From: Clostridia bacterium
GTDB taxonomy: Bacteria; Bacillota; Clostridia; Oscillospirales; CAG-272
Reading direction: 5' to 3'
Length of the DNA stretch: 64,000 nt
Assembly (NCBI GenBank): GCA_017455975.1
Contig: JAFTLK010000013.1
Coordinates: 13,362-77,361 of the forward strand
The translations under genes and the position numbers were made by a program. Shown piece after piece: positions 17,827 to 26,206 of this stretch (the stretch's first letter is position 1; the number at the start of each line of letters is the position of its first letter). The notes below the pieces were generated by a model that made no database searches, was not told the origin of the DNA, and saw only the letters and a program-made list of their open reading frames with translations.

Positions 17827-18001
17827 GGAATCCCTCCTTTTCCGAATTTTTGTTCTGATATTATTATAACATAAATGCGGAGAAATTGCAAGGGGATTGG
17901 AAAAGAAATGTGCTGACGGATTGTGATCGCTGCGGCTTCCATCCGCGTCCGGGTAAACTCCCGGTTGGATTTGGACATCGTCAAACAACACAAATGCGAT
18001 A

Positions 18002-18030
18002 TTGTATTTCTGCGCATTCTATGCTATAAT
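18002..18030 (+). promoter_or_regulatory. sigma-70-type promoter upstream of the HTH-fusion gene
   Basis: TTGTAT (18002-18007), 17 nt, TATAAT (18025-18030). Confidence 0.5.
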
Positions 18031-18075
18031 GAATATATAAGAAACCATTTTTACGTGTAGAAGGAGTGACACAGA

Positions 18076-19929
18076 ATGGATTTAGCCAGCCGTATCCGCA
18101 GTCTGAGAAAAAAAGCGCAGATGACGCAGGCACAGCTTGCCGAGGCGCTGTCCGTTTCCGAGCAGTCGGTATCCAAGTGGGAAAACGCGCAGTCCGCCCC
18201 CGACATTTCGCTTTTGCCGCGGATTGCCAAGCTGCTTGACACCTCAAACGATTATCTGCTGACGGGACAGGAGAATGTCCGGTATGTGACCCTGTCGCCG
18301 TACGATCTCTGCCGTACCGACAAGCAGGTGGTACGCAGAAAAGCCGACTATCCGAGTGCCGGGTACAACGGCATCGTGGAGCCAGCCGTTTTTCCGCCGA
18401 AGGGCATGCACAAGCCGGAAAGCTATGAGCCGCTCCCCGTCCCGTATCTGCGCAAGCCCCCGAAGGTGATCGATATTTCCATCGGCAGACAGCTGTTCGT
18501 CGATGATTTTCTGATTGACAAGTCGGATTTCATCCGGCAGTATCATCAGCCGCGCCGCCATCCCGGCAACCCGATTTTCTATCCGGAAACCGAGCTGGAG
18601 TGCGGACGGGACGGTCACGCTCCGATGGCGGCACCGTTCAGCGACGGTGTATTCTACGACGGAAAAGAACAGAAATTCAAAATGTGGTACCACGCGGGCT
18701 GGTTTGACGGCACCGCCTATGCGGAAAGCGAGGACGGTCTGCACTGGGAGCGTCCGCAGCTCGGGGAAGGGGACGGCAACCGCTGTATCCCTGTGCGTCC
18801 TGGGATCATGCGAGACGGCTGTGCAGTGGTTCTCAACCGCTATTACGAGGAAGAACGCCCCTATAAAATGTTCCTGTTTGTCCGACCGGGCGAGGGCGAA
18901 ATCTGGGATTCCGCGGACGGACGGGCGTGGAACCGCATCGGTCCGACCGGTCCAATCGGTGACCGCTCCACGGTGTTTTACAATCCGTTCCGCAAAAAAT
19001 GGGTCTACAGCATGCGCACGGATTTCGGTCCGAATTACCGCGGCGTGAGAGCACGTTCCTATCAGGAGGCAGATACCTTTGAGGAGGGCGCCGCGCTGGA
19101 TCACCCGGTATACTGGGCGCGCGCCGACCGCTATGACCCGATCGAGCCGACCATCGGGGACAAGCCGACACTGTATAATCTGGATGCGATTGCCTACGAA
19201 TCGATCATGCTCGGCGCATTTTCGATCTTCCTCGGTCCGGAAAACGATGTATCGGTCAAAACGGGCATCCCCAAGCACACCGAGCTGCATCTGGCATACA
19301 GCCGCGACGGCTTCCACTGGTCGCGTCCGGAAAAGCGCATTCCGTTCCTTGCGCCGAACCGTGCCGATCCCGGTTCGTGGGAACGCGGTTATATCCACTC
19401 CAACAATGGCATCTGCATCATTCACGGTGATGAGCTGTGGTTCTACTACACCGCATTCCGCGGAGACAGCACGAAGATTTTTGAACACGGTTACGCGTCC
19501 GGCATGTATGCCAACGCCTCCATGGGACTGGCTGTCCTGCGCCGCGACGGCTTTGCATCGCTGAATGCATACGGATATACGGGACATATGACAACACGGC
19601 CGCTGTGGTTTTCCGGCGAATATCTCTTTGTCAATGCGGATTTCCACACCGGCGGCATGCGCGTTGCGGTTCTGGATGAAAACGGCGATGTCATTCCCGG
19701 CTACGGCTTTGACGACTGCGTCCGCTATACCGGGGATTCCACCTGCGCACGCATCACATGGAACGGTCATTCCGATCTGGCACAGCTGTCGGAAACGGTG
19801 ATCCGCCTGCAGTTTGAAGGCACCAACGGTGCGCTGTATGCCTTCTGGATCACCGATGACGCCGCAGGCAAGAGCCATGGCTGTCTGGCCGGCGGTGCGG
19901 TCGGATGTAACTCCATATGGGATAACTGA
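18076..19929 (+). CDS. XRE-family HTH domain fused to a beta-propeller glycosidase-like domain (GH32/43/130-clan-like) plus a C-terminal beta-sandwich
   Basis: The N-terminal 65 aa (IRSLRKKAQMTQAQLAEALSVSEQSVSKWENAQSAPDISLLPRIAKLL) are a classic HTH_3. The rest carries repeated xxDGxxW blade motifs (SEDGLHWERP, SADGRAWNR, SRDGFHWSRP) and LRRDGFASL. Confidence 0.6.
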   Translation: MDLASRIRSLRKKAQMTQAQLAEALSVSEQSVSKWENAQSAPDISLLPRIAKLLDTSNDYLLTGQENVRYVTLSPYDLCRTDKQVVRRKADYPSAGYNGIVEPAVFPPKGMHKPESYEPLPVPYLRKPPKVIDISIGRQLFVDDFLIDKSDFIRQYHQPRRHPGNPIFYPETELECGRDGHAPMAAPFSDGVFYDGKEQKFKMWYHAGWFDGTAYAESEDGLHWERPQLGEGDGNRCIPVRPGIMRDGCAVVLNRYYEEERPYKMFLFVRPGEGEIWDSADGRAWNRIGPTGPIGDRSTVFYNPFRKKWVYSMRTDFGPNYRGVRARSYQEADTFEEGAALDHPVYWARADRYDPIEPTIGDKPTLYNLDAIAYESIMLGAFSIFLGPENDVSVKTGIPKHTELHLAYSRDGFHWSRPEKRIPFLAPNRADPGSWERGYIHSNNGICIIHGDELWFYYTAFRGDSTKIFEHGYASGMYANASMGLAVLRRDGFASLNAYGYTGHMTTRPLWFSGEYLFVNADFHTGGMRVAVLDENGDVIPGYGFDDCVRYTGDSTCARITWNGHSDLAQLSETVIRLQFEGTNGALYAFWITDDAAGKSHGCLAGGAVGCNSIWDN

Positions 19930-20007
19930 ATCAGAGATGACAGTATAAGCGATGTAATAAAAAATGAAAGGATACTTTCTCACAGAGAAAGTCACGGTAA
20001 TGAAACG

Positions 20008-21495
20008 ATGAAGCGAGTCAATCAATCCCGCATGGCGGTAATCCTGCTTCTGTCTGCACTTCTGGCATCCTGCGGCGGAGAAGGAGCCGCCGATACCACC
20101 GAAGCGGTAAGTACGGCGGACAGTCTGCAGACAACCGAGGCTGTCACGGAGGCAGGCCCGCAGTCCACAGTGGAGGCCAAGGACTTCGGAGGGGAAAATG
20201 TGCATTTCCTGCTGTACTCCAATTCCGATTACCAGAATTCCGCGATGGATGTGGCCGCCGAGGAAACCAACGGCGAGGCACTCAATGACGCGGTTTTCCA
20301 GAGAAACGACAGACTGATTGAGAAATTCAACATCGACATCACATGGGAAGACCCCGGAAACGCAACCATTGCCGCAAACAAACTGAAGCAGGCGGTGCTG
20401 GGCGGCGATGACAGCTATGATATTTCCTTTATCTCCACCTATGAGAGCACCCTTGCCGGCATTGACGGACGGATGCTCGATATGAATACGGTTCCGCATA
20501 TCACGCTGGAAAATCCGTGGTGGAACGGCCGTATGGCAAAGGATACCGCGATCATGGATGTCAACTACTTCTTTATCGGCGATATGAATCTGGACACATG
20601 GACGCAGAGCTATGTCACCTATTACAGCAAGACCGTCGCCGCAAATCACGACATCGACGGACTTTATGACATCGTCCGGAACGGCGAGTGGACGTTTGAC
20701 AAGCTGGACGAGCTGACCCGCACGGTATACAGAGACGTAAACGGCAACGGCGCCTATGACGAAAATGATCTGTACGGACTGACCGCCTGCTCGGTCTGCA
20801 TCGACTGCTTCTGGGCGGCAAGCGGCATCAATATGGTGGTCAAGGATGCAGAGGGCGTTCCGTCCTATTCCTTTGACAGTCAGTTCTACGATATGTATGA
20901 CAGAATCGTCAACCTGCTGCAGGCGCCCCAAATGCTGTACACCGACCGGCCGCAGTATACCTCCAAGCGCGATACATATGACCGCGGTGCCTTCATGGAA
21001 GACCGTGCGCTGTTCTTTATCGAAGGTTTATGTGTCGCCGGCAATCTGCTGCGCAGCATGGAGACGGATTACGGTATCCTGCCGCTTCCGAAGTATGACG
21101 CGGCGCAGGAGAACTACCGTACCTATTCGCATACCACACACAACTCCACGGTTTCCCTTCCGGTCACATCGGCTGGGAAGGTCGATATGCTCGGCATGAT
21201 TCTGGAGGACATGGCGTTTTATTCCATGGAGCTGGTCCGTCCCGCCTACTATGAAAACATGTTGAATGCAAAGCTGGCACGCGATGAGGAAAGCATTGAG
21301 ATGCTGGAAATCATCACCACCAATGTCTCCTATGACCTGATGTTTGTGCTCAATCATAACTTTGCGTTCCAGCAGCTGCGCGGTGCGCTGAACCGGAGCG
21401 ACAACGCCGCATCCTTTATTGAAAAACAGGAAAAGCTGCTGAATTCATCCATTGAAAAGCAGATAACCTCCATCCGGGAAAACCTAGCACAGTAA
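20008..21495 (+). CDS. ABC-transporter extracellular solute-binding lipoprotein (sugar type), orphan
   Basis: Lipobox LLSALLASCGG. 495 aa. Paralog of ORF 41659-43140 (shared blocks such as PWWN). No permease or ATPase gene nearby. Confidence 0.7.
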   Translation: MKRVNQSRMAVILLLSALLASCGGEGAADTTEAVSTADSLQTTEAVTEAGPQSTVEAKDFGGENVHFLLYSNSDYQNSAMDVAAEETNGEALNDAVFQRNDRLIEKFNIDITWEDPGNATIAANKLKQAVLGGDDSYDISFISTYESTLAGIDGRMLDMNTVPHITLENPWWNGRMAKDTAIMDVNYFFIGDMNLDTWTQSYVTYYSKTVAANHDIDGLYDIVRNGEWTFDKLDELTRTVYRDVNGNGAYDENDLYGLTACSVCIDCFWAASGINMVVKDAEGVPSYSFDSQFYDMYDRIVNLLQAPQMLYTDRPQYTSKRDTYDRGAFMEDRALFFIEGLCVAGNLLRSMETDYGILPLPKYDAAQENYRTYSHTTHNSTVSLPVTSAGKVDMLGMILEDMAFYSMELVRPAYYENMLNAKLARDEESIEMLEIITTNVSYDLMFVLNHNFAFQQLRGALNRSDNAASFIEKQEKLLNSSIEKQITSIRENLAQ

Positions 21496-21530
21496 TGTTT
21501 GCAGGATGTCAGAATTCCGGTCATATAACA

Positions 21531-21559
21531 TTGACATTCAAACAAATTCCTGCTATAAT
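21531..21559 (+). promoter_or_regulatory. sigma-70-type promoter of the GH29 gene
   Basis: TTGACA (21531-21536), 17 nt, TATAAT (21554-21559). Exact consensus. Confidence 0.6.
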
Positions 21560-21595
21560 AAAGACACGGAAAAACCGCCGTGTCTTTATTTTATT
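21560..21595 (+). terminator. rho-independent terminator of the solute-binding-protein gene
   Basis: Stem AAAGACACGG (21560-21569) / CCGTGTCTTT (21578-21587) followed by ATTTTATT. Confidence 0.7.
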
Positions 21596-21612
21596 GTCTG
21601 TGAGGTAGTTCC

Positions 21613-22659
21613 ATGAATCCCAATGTTGCCTATTTCAAAGAAGCCGGCTACGGCATGATGATGCACTTCGGTCTGTACTCGCTGCTTGCCGGCGAATACC
21701 GGGGCAAGCCGTCCTCGTCGTATGCCGAATGGATTGGTGCGTATCACGCGATTCCGATTGCCGAATATGAAAAGTTAGCATCCGTCTTCAATCCGATTTA
21801 TTTTGATGCGGAGGAGATCGTCTGCCTTGCACGCGATGCCGGAATGAAGTATCTCGTTGTCACGACCAAGCATCACGACGGCTTTGCCCTATTCCGCTCG
21901 TCGGTTGACCCGTATAACGTCTACGACGCGACACCGTGCAAGCGCGACCTGATCGCAGAACTTGCCGCGGCGTGCAGAAAATACGGTCTGAAGCTCGGCT
22001 TTTATTACTCGCAGGATCTGGACTGGCACGAATACCACGGCGGCGGTTATCTGTCGCGCCACATTCCGTGCGCCGGCGTGTCGTGGGACAACAGCTGGGA
22101 CTTCCCGTCGGTCGACGACAAGGACTTTTCGATCTGCTTTGAGAAGAAGATCCTGCCGCAGATCGAGGAGATCATGACAAACTACGGCGATGTCTTCCTT
22201 GCATGGTTTGACGTGCCGATGACGATTACCGCCGAGCAGTCGCTCAGTATTTACGAAACGGTCAAGCGCCTGCAGCCGAATTGCCTGATCAACTCGCGTC
22301 TCGGCAACGGTGCATATGACTACGTTTCCCTCGGCGACAATGAAATTCCCGCAAGCCGAGAAGAATGGGAGCGTCTGTCGAAGGTAGATCCCGAAACGAT
22401 CGACTATCAGAACATCTGCGGCTTCAAGCCGTCGAAATACGGGCTGTACGAATCCGCCTGTACGCTCAATCACTCCTGGGGCTTTGCCTACCGCGACCAC
22501 AACTGGGTCGCACCGGAAGCGCTCGCCGCAAACCGTGCGCGGCTGAACGAGCTCGGCATCAATTATCTTGTCAACGTCGGTCCCGACGGACTCGGACGGA
22601 TTCCCGGTCCCTCCGCCGATATTCTGCGCCGCGCGGCAGAGCTGTATGCCGAACGTTGA
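21613..22659 (+). CDS. alpha-L-fucosidase, GH29
   Basis: 348 aa. YGMMMHFGLYS and VVTTKHHDGFALFRS are typical GH29 blocks. Confidence 0.8.
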   Translation: MNPNVAYFKEAGYGMMMHFGLYSLLAGEYRGKPSSSYAEWIGAYHAIPIAEYEKLASVFNPIYFDAEEIVCLARDAGMKYLVVTTKHHDGFALFRSSVDPYNVYDATPCKRDLIAELAAACRKYGLKLGFYYSQDLDWHEYHGGGYLSRHIPCAGVSWDNSWDFPSVDDKDFSICFEKKILPQIEEIMTNYGDVFLAWFDVPMTITAEQSLSIYETVKRLQPNCLINSRLGNGAYDYVSLGDNEIPASREEWERLSKVDPETIDYQNICGFKPSKYGLYESACTLNHSWGFAYRDHNWVAPEALAANRARLNELGINYLVNVGPDGLGRIPGPSADILRRAAELYAER

Positions 22660-22689
22660 TACAATCAACCGATAAAGGACACCATTGCC

Positions 22690-24027
22690 ATGAAAATCGT
22701 AAAACGCGATCTCCCGTATGAAAAAGTCATTGCTCTGCCTAAGCCGAAGCATAAAAAACCGTGCAGGCCGAGCCGCCTGCTGCACGGTCTGATCCGGGTG
22801 CTGTCGATCCCCGATCTGATCGCGACAAAATTCACGGTCAACCGCATCGGTATGGAACGACTCGGGAAGAACGAACCGTGTCTGATCTTAATGAACCATT
22901 CATGCTTCCTCGATCTGAAGATCGCGTCGGCATGCCTGTTTCCGCGGCCGTTTCACATCGTCTGCACCTCGGACGGCTTCATCGGTATGAATTTCCTGAT
23001 GCGGCACATCGGCTGTATTCCGACGACAAAATTCGTCACGGATCTGACGCTGGTACGCGATATGCTGCACACGACAAAAAATCTCGGCGGCGCGATCCTG
23101 ATGTATCCCGAAGCCAGCTACAGCTTTGATGGGACCGCGACGACATTGCCCGATTCGCTCGGCAATCTGGTCAAAATGCTCGGCGTTCCGGTCATCATGA
23201 TCCGTACATACGGTGCTTTCACGCGCACGCCCCTGTACAACAACCTCCGTGCACGCAAAGTACGGGTTTCAGCCGACATGGAGTACCTGTTTTCACCGGA
23301 TGATATCCGCGAAAAAACGGCGGAGGAACTGATGGCGGTGCTGCAGGAGCGCTTCACCTTTGACAATTTCGCCTGGCAGCGCGACACCGGTGTGACCGTC
23401 GATCATCCTGAGCGCGCTGACGGCTTGTCCCGTGTGCTTTATAAATGTCCGCACTGTCTGTCCGAGGACGGAATGCAGGCCGCAGGGATTCATCTGACCT
23501 GTACCGCCTGCGGCAAGGTGTACACCCTGCGCGAGGACGGACAAATGGAAGCGGCCGACGGCCATACCGAATATCCCCACATTCCCGACTGGTATGCATG
23601 GGAGCGCAGCTGCGTGCGGCGTGAGCTGGAGGAGGGGACCTATCACCTTGACATTCCCGTTGAGATCCGCATGCAGGTCGATATGCGTGCGGTCTATCGG
23701 GTCGGACAGGGAAGACTGACACATGATGCGGAGGGGTTTCACCTGATCGGCTGTGCCGACGGGCGTGGTGTCCCGCAGCTTGATTACCGGCAGAAGCCGC
23801 TTGCGTCCTACAGCCTCTACTCCGATTATTACTGGTACGAGATCGGCGACATGATCTGCATCGGTGATACAAAAACACTGTACTACTGTTTCCCGCAGAC
23901 GGGGGGCGATGTCGTTGCAAAGACGCGTCTGGCGGCTGAAGAACTGTATAAGCTTGTGCGTCGGGAGAAGGTACGAAGCCGTACCTGCCGCACGGATGAC
24001 AGCATAGCCGATACCAAAACCGAATAA
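22690..24027 (+). CDS. lysophospholipid acyltransferase (PlsC/LPLAT family) with a C-terminal zinc-ribbon region
   Basis: HxxxxD motif in LILMNHSCFLDL; MYPEASYS block; CPHC...CTAC pair at residues about 254-275. Confidence 0.65.
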   Translation: MKIVKRDLPYEKVIALPKPKHKKPCRPSRLLHGLIRVLSIPDLIATKFTVNRIGMERLGKNEPCLILMNHSCFLDLKIASACLFPRPFHIVCTSDGFIGMNFLMRHIGCIPTTKFVTDLTLVRDMLHTTKNLGGAILMYPEASYSFDGTATTLPDSLGNLVKMLGVPVIMIRTYGAFTRTPLYNNLRARKVRVSADMEYLFSPDDIREKTAEELMAVLQERFTFDNFAWQRDTGVTVDHPERADGLSRVLYKCPHCLSEDGMQAAGIHLTCTACGKVYTLREDGQMEAADGHTEYPHIPDWYAWERSCVRRELEEGTYHLDIPVEIRMQVDMRAVYRVGQGRLTHDAEGFHLIGCADGRGVPQLDYRQKPLASYSLYSDYYWYEIGDMICIGDTKTLYYCFPQTGGDVVAKTRLAAEELYKLVRREKVRSRTCRTDDSIADTKTE

Positions 24028-24031
24028 ACGA

Positions 24032-24070
24032 AAAACCGACCGTATCATCATAGGTACGATCGGTTTTTTG
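24032..24070. terminator. bidirectional rho-independent terminator
   Basis: Stem AAAACCGACCGTA / TACGATCGGTTTT (one mismatch), flanked by A and T tracts, between convergent genes. Confidence 0.65.
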
Positions 24071-24108
24071 ATTGTTTCATTATCTGTTTGCATGTGGGCG
24101 AGGCAGCA

Positions 24109-24375
24109 TCAGAGTTCTGCAAGTCCGCTGTCGACAAGGCGGCCGATGAACTCGGCGTAATCCTGACGGAGGGTTGCTTCGCCCACCTCATATTCCGCAA
24201 GCAGCTCCGCGATGACGGTGTCCTCGTCCTTTCCCTGGGAAAGACGCTTCCAGATTTCGGCTCCGACCTCGGTCACGGCAAAAATGCCGGTCATTTTCAG
24301 TGCCGCCTCACCTGTCGGGATCAGAATATATTCGCCTGCGATTTCGCGTACAATGATATTTTTTTCCAGTTTCAT
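24109..24375 (-). CDS. PqqD-family protein (RiPP recognition element-like)
   Basis: 88 aa starting at the ATG at 24375, with a GAGGAA RBS. MKLEKNIIVREIAGEYILIP...EIWKRLSQGKDEDTVIAELLAEYEV matches the PqqD/RRE pattern. Confidence 0.7.
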   Translation of the reverse strand: MKLEKNIIVREIAGEYILIPTGEAALKMTGIFAVTEVGAEIWKRLSQGKDEDTVIAELLAEYEVGEATLRQDYAEFIGRLVDSGLAEL

Positions 24376-24453
24376 GACAATTTCCTCAGCTTCTTTCAGT
24401 CTCGGAAGCCTTCCTTTCATCTGGTGTTGGGGGATCGGTTTTGGGATCGGTGT

Positions 24454-25644
24454 TCAGCGCAGACCGAGTGTGTGCAGCATATCGGCCATGGCCGACGTTT
24501 CATCGGCGGTCAGCGCCTGTGTCGCCGCGAGCTCATTTGCGATGCGCCCGGCCGTGCGGCGGGAGAGCAGACGGAACCAGCGGTGGATCTGGCAGAATGG
24601 AAGAAGCAGCCTGTGCTTCTGCAGAATGGGATATTCGTATTTCAGACGGCTGTAGGGGGCAAAAAGCCGGGAGAGCAGATACCGGAGCTTTCCTCCTGTC
24701 TGCAGACGGCCGAGTGCCATGCGGTTTTTCACGCTGCCGTAAATACCGCCGGTCAGGATGTATTCCTGCATCATCCGGTACAGCGGAGCAGATTCCGGTG
24801 TGGGCTGTTCATCCGAAAACCATATGCCGCACAGCGTGCGCATGTGCGATTCAAACACGGCAATGCCGGCTTCCTCCAGCATCGGATCAAGGATCGCGCG
24901 GTCAAGCGGGGCGGCACGGTGCAGATAGACCCACAGATCCATAACGGTGCGGATGCCGCATCCGCCGTATTCGTAATGCTTGACCATATGAGCGATGTGA
25001 TAGAAATAGGCAAATTCGGGTGTCAGCGTCCGCTGACAGCTGTTCTCGCTGTCGGAAACTGTGTATTCCCAGACGCGGGAGAGCATCGGCTGCATCTGCG
25101 GATATGATTCCTCGTCGATCAGTGTGAAGTGCAGCTCAAGCAAAACGCCGGAGGGGGCGATGAACTGCACGTCATGGGAGCCTGCGCGCAGCCGCCGGTA
25201 TCCGGCATTACCGGTCAGAGCGTCCGTGATACGCGCAAGATCATCCTGCCGGATGAGAATGTCGATGTCGCAGCTGGTGCGCATTTCCGGATACGGATAA
25301 TACGGGCGCAGTGCCGATCCCTTGAGCGGGATATACGGCACACCGAGCGAGGTCAGCACGGTGCACAGCTGTCCCAGCTCTGCATGGAGCTGCTCGTACC
25401 GGGTGATCGACGCAATGCGTGCACGGCGGTAAATGGGATACCATGCGCTGTCGCGCGCAAGTCCCTGCTTCATCAGTGCCGCACCGACGATGTGCGTCAG
25501 ATCGTGCTTTTGTGCTGCGGTGTACAGCCGGGTCAGCAGATCGTTATCGGTGAGATCTATGGGATTCTGCGGGGGATCGGTTTCCGGTGCGCAGAGCTCG
25601 GACCGGATCAGCGAAAGCAGTTGTTGTTCCATATCCGACAGCAC
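24454..25644 (-). CDS. uncharacterised nucleotidyltransferase family protein (PF14907-like)
   Basis: 396 aa. The layout (LKGSALRPYYPYPEMRTSCDIDILI, HLELHFTL) is typical of the nucleotidyltransferases found with PqqD and HPrK-like genes. Confidence 0.6.
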   Translation of the reverse strand: MLSDMEQQLLSLIRSELCAPETDPPQNPIDLTDNDLLTRLYTAAQKHDLTHIVGAALMKQGLARDSAWYPIYRRARIASITRYEQLHAELGQLCTVLTSLGVPYIPLKGSALRPYYPYPEMRTSCDIDILIRQDDLARITDALTGNAGYRRLRAGSHDVQFIAPSGVLLELHFTLIDEESYPQMQPMLSRVWEYTVSDSENSCQRTLTPEFAYFYHIAHMVKHYEYGGCGIRTVMDLWVYLHRAAPLDRAILDPMLEEAGIAVFESHMRTLCGIWFSDEQPTPESAPLYRMMQEYILTGGIYGSVKNRMALGRLQTGGKLRYLLSRLFAPYSRLKYEYPILQKHRLLLPFCQIHRWFRLLSRRTAGRIANELAATQALTADETSAMADMLHTLGLR

Positions 25645-25674
25645 ACCTCCTGTATCGTGAATCTGTAAATGATG

Positions 25675-26127
25675 TTATCTGTGTCGGAGCACATGCACCA
25701 GCCGCCAGAACAGCGGGCGGACCGGGCGTGTCGGATACCAGAGCAGGTCCCGCAGTCTGATGAGGGGGCTGTCGGTGCTCCGCGTCCGACCGTTTTTCGT
25801 GACGGAAACAACCTCTGCCAGAACCTGTTCCGGCGCGACGGTTTCGCACCAGTCCTGTGCATCTCCGTTCATCAGAAACCGTCCGTCAGGCAATATCCTG
25901 CGCAGACGGTGCAGAATGAAGTCACCGTTTCTGCGTCGGAAGAACAGAATGCGGCCGCGGCGGTAGCGATCTTTCTTCTGCAGATGTACGGTGTCGCGTC
26001 CGTGGCGGAGAAAGGGCATCATGCTGGCACCGGTCACAACAAGCGGGATTGCGGCGCCGCTTTCCAGAATCGCAATCAGAGCATCCGCGTCGCGGACGGC
26101 ATCAATGGTGCGGATGTTGTATTCCAT
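25675..26127 (-). CDS. S24/S26-family (signal-peptidase/LexA-like) serine peptidase
   Basis: 150 aa. Nucleophile motif VTGASMMPFL. The downstream FILHRLRRI...NGD places a His where bacterial type I signal peptidases have the catalytic Lys (SipW/ER-type pattern). Confidence 0.55.
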   Translation of the reverse strand: MEYNIRTIDAVRDADALIAILESGAAIPLVVTGASMMPFLRHGRDTVHLQKKDRYRRGRILFFRRRNGDFILHRLRRILPDGRFLMNGDAQDWCETVAPEQVLAEVVSVTKNGRTRSTDSPLIRLRDLLWYPTRPVRPLFWRLVHVLRHR

Positions 26128-26206
26128 GCTCCGTTTGCTCCTCCTCCAAAAAGTTCAGCGGGCCCGGACACAGAAGTGCCGAAGCCCGGTGATATCGGCG
26201 CTCGCG

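Noticed and set aside
15652-17991. Over-extended 5' ends of track ORFs: recG to 17991, MBL hydrolase to 46921, rSAM to 57424, PBP2 to 39668, GHL6-like to 50041
   Set aside because: In each case an internal ATG with a strong AGGAGG-type RBS (or an ATGA overlap with the upstream gene) matches the expected family N-terminus. The upstream extension is Arg/Pro-rich and overlaps a neighbouring gene or a promoter.
18244-20931. A very long antisense ORF (895 aa, minus strand), and similar ones at 12851-14722, 16030-17460, 34099-35559, 41713-43161, 48212-49963, 49360-51669, 5588-6793 and 60322-61344
   Set aside because: All lie opposite genes with clear family motifs (NifS, RecG, ProS, FabH and others). 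They span two or more sense genes and their intergenic regions. They have Arg/Gly/Ala/Cys-rich, low-complexity translations and no RBS. This is the usual stop-codon-poor antisense frame of GC3-rich genes.
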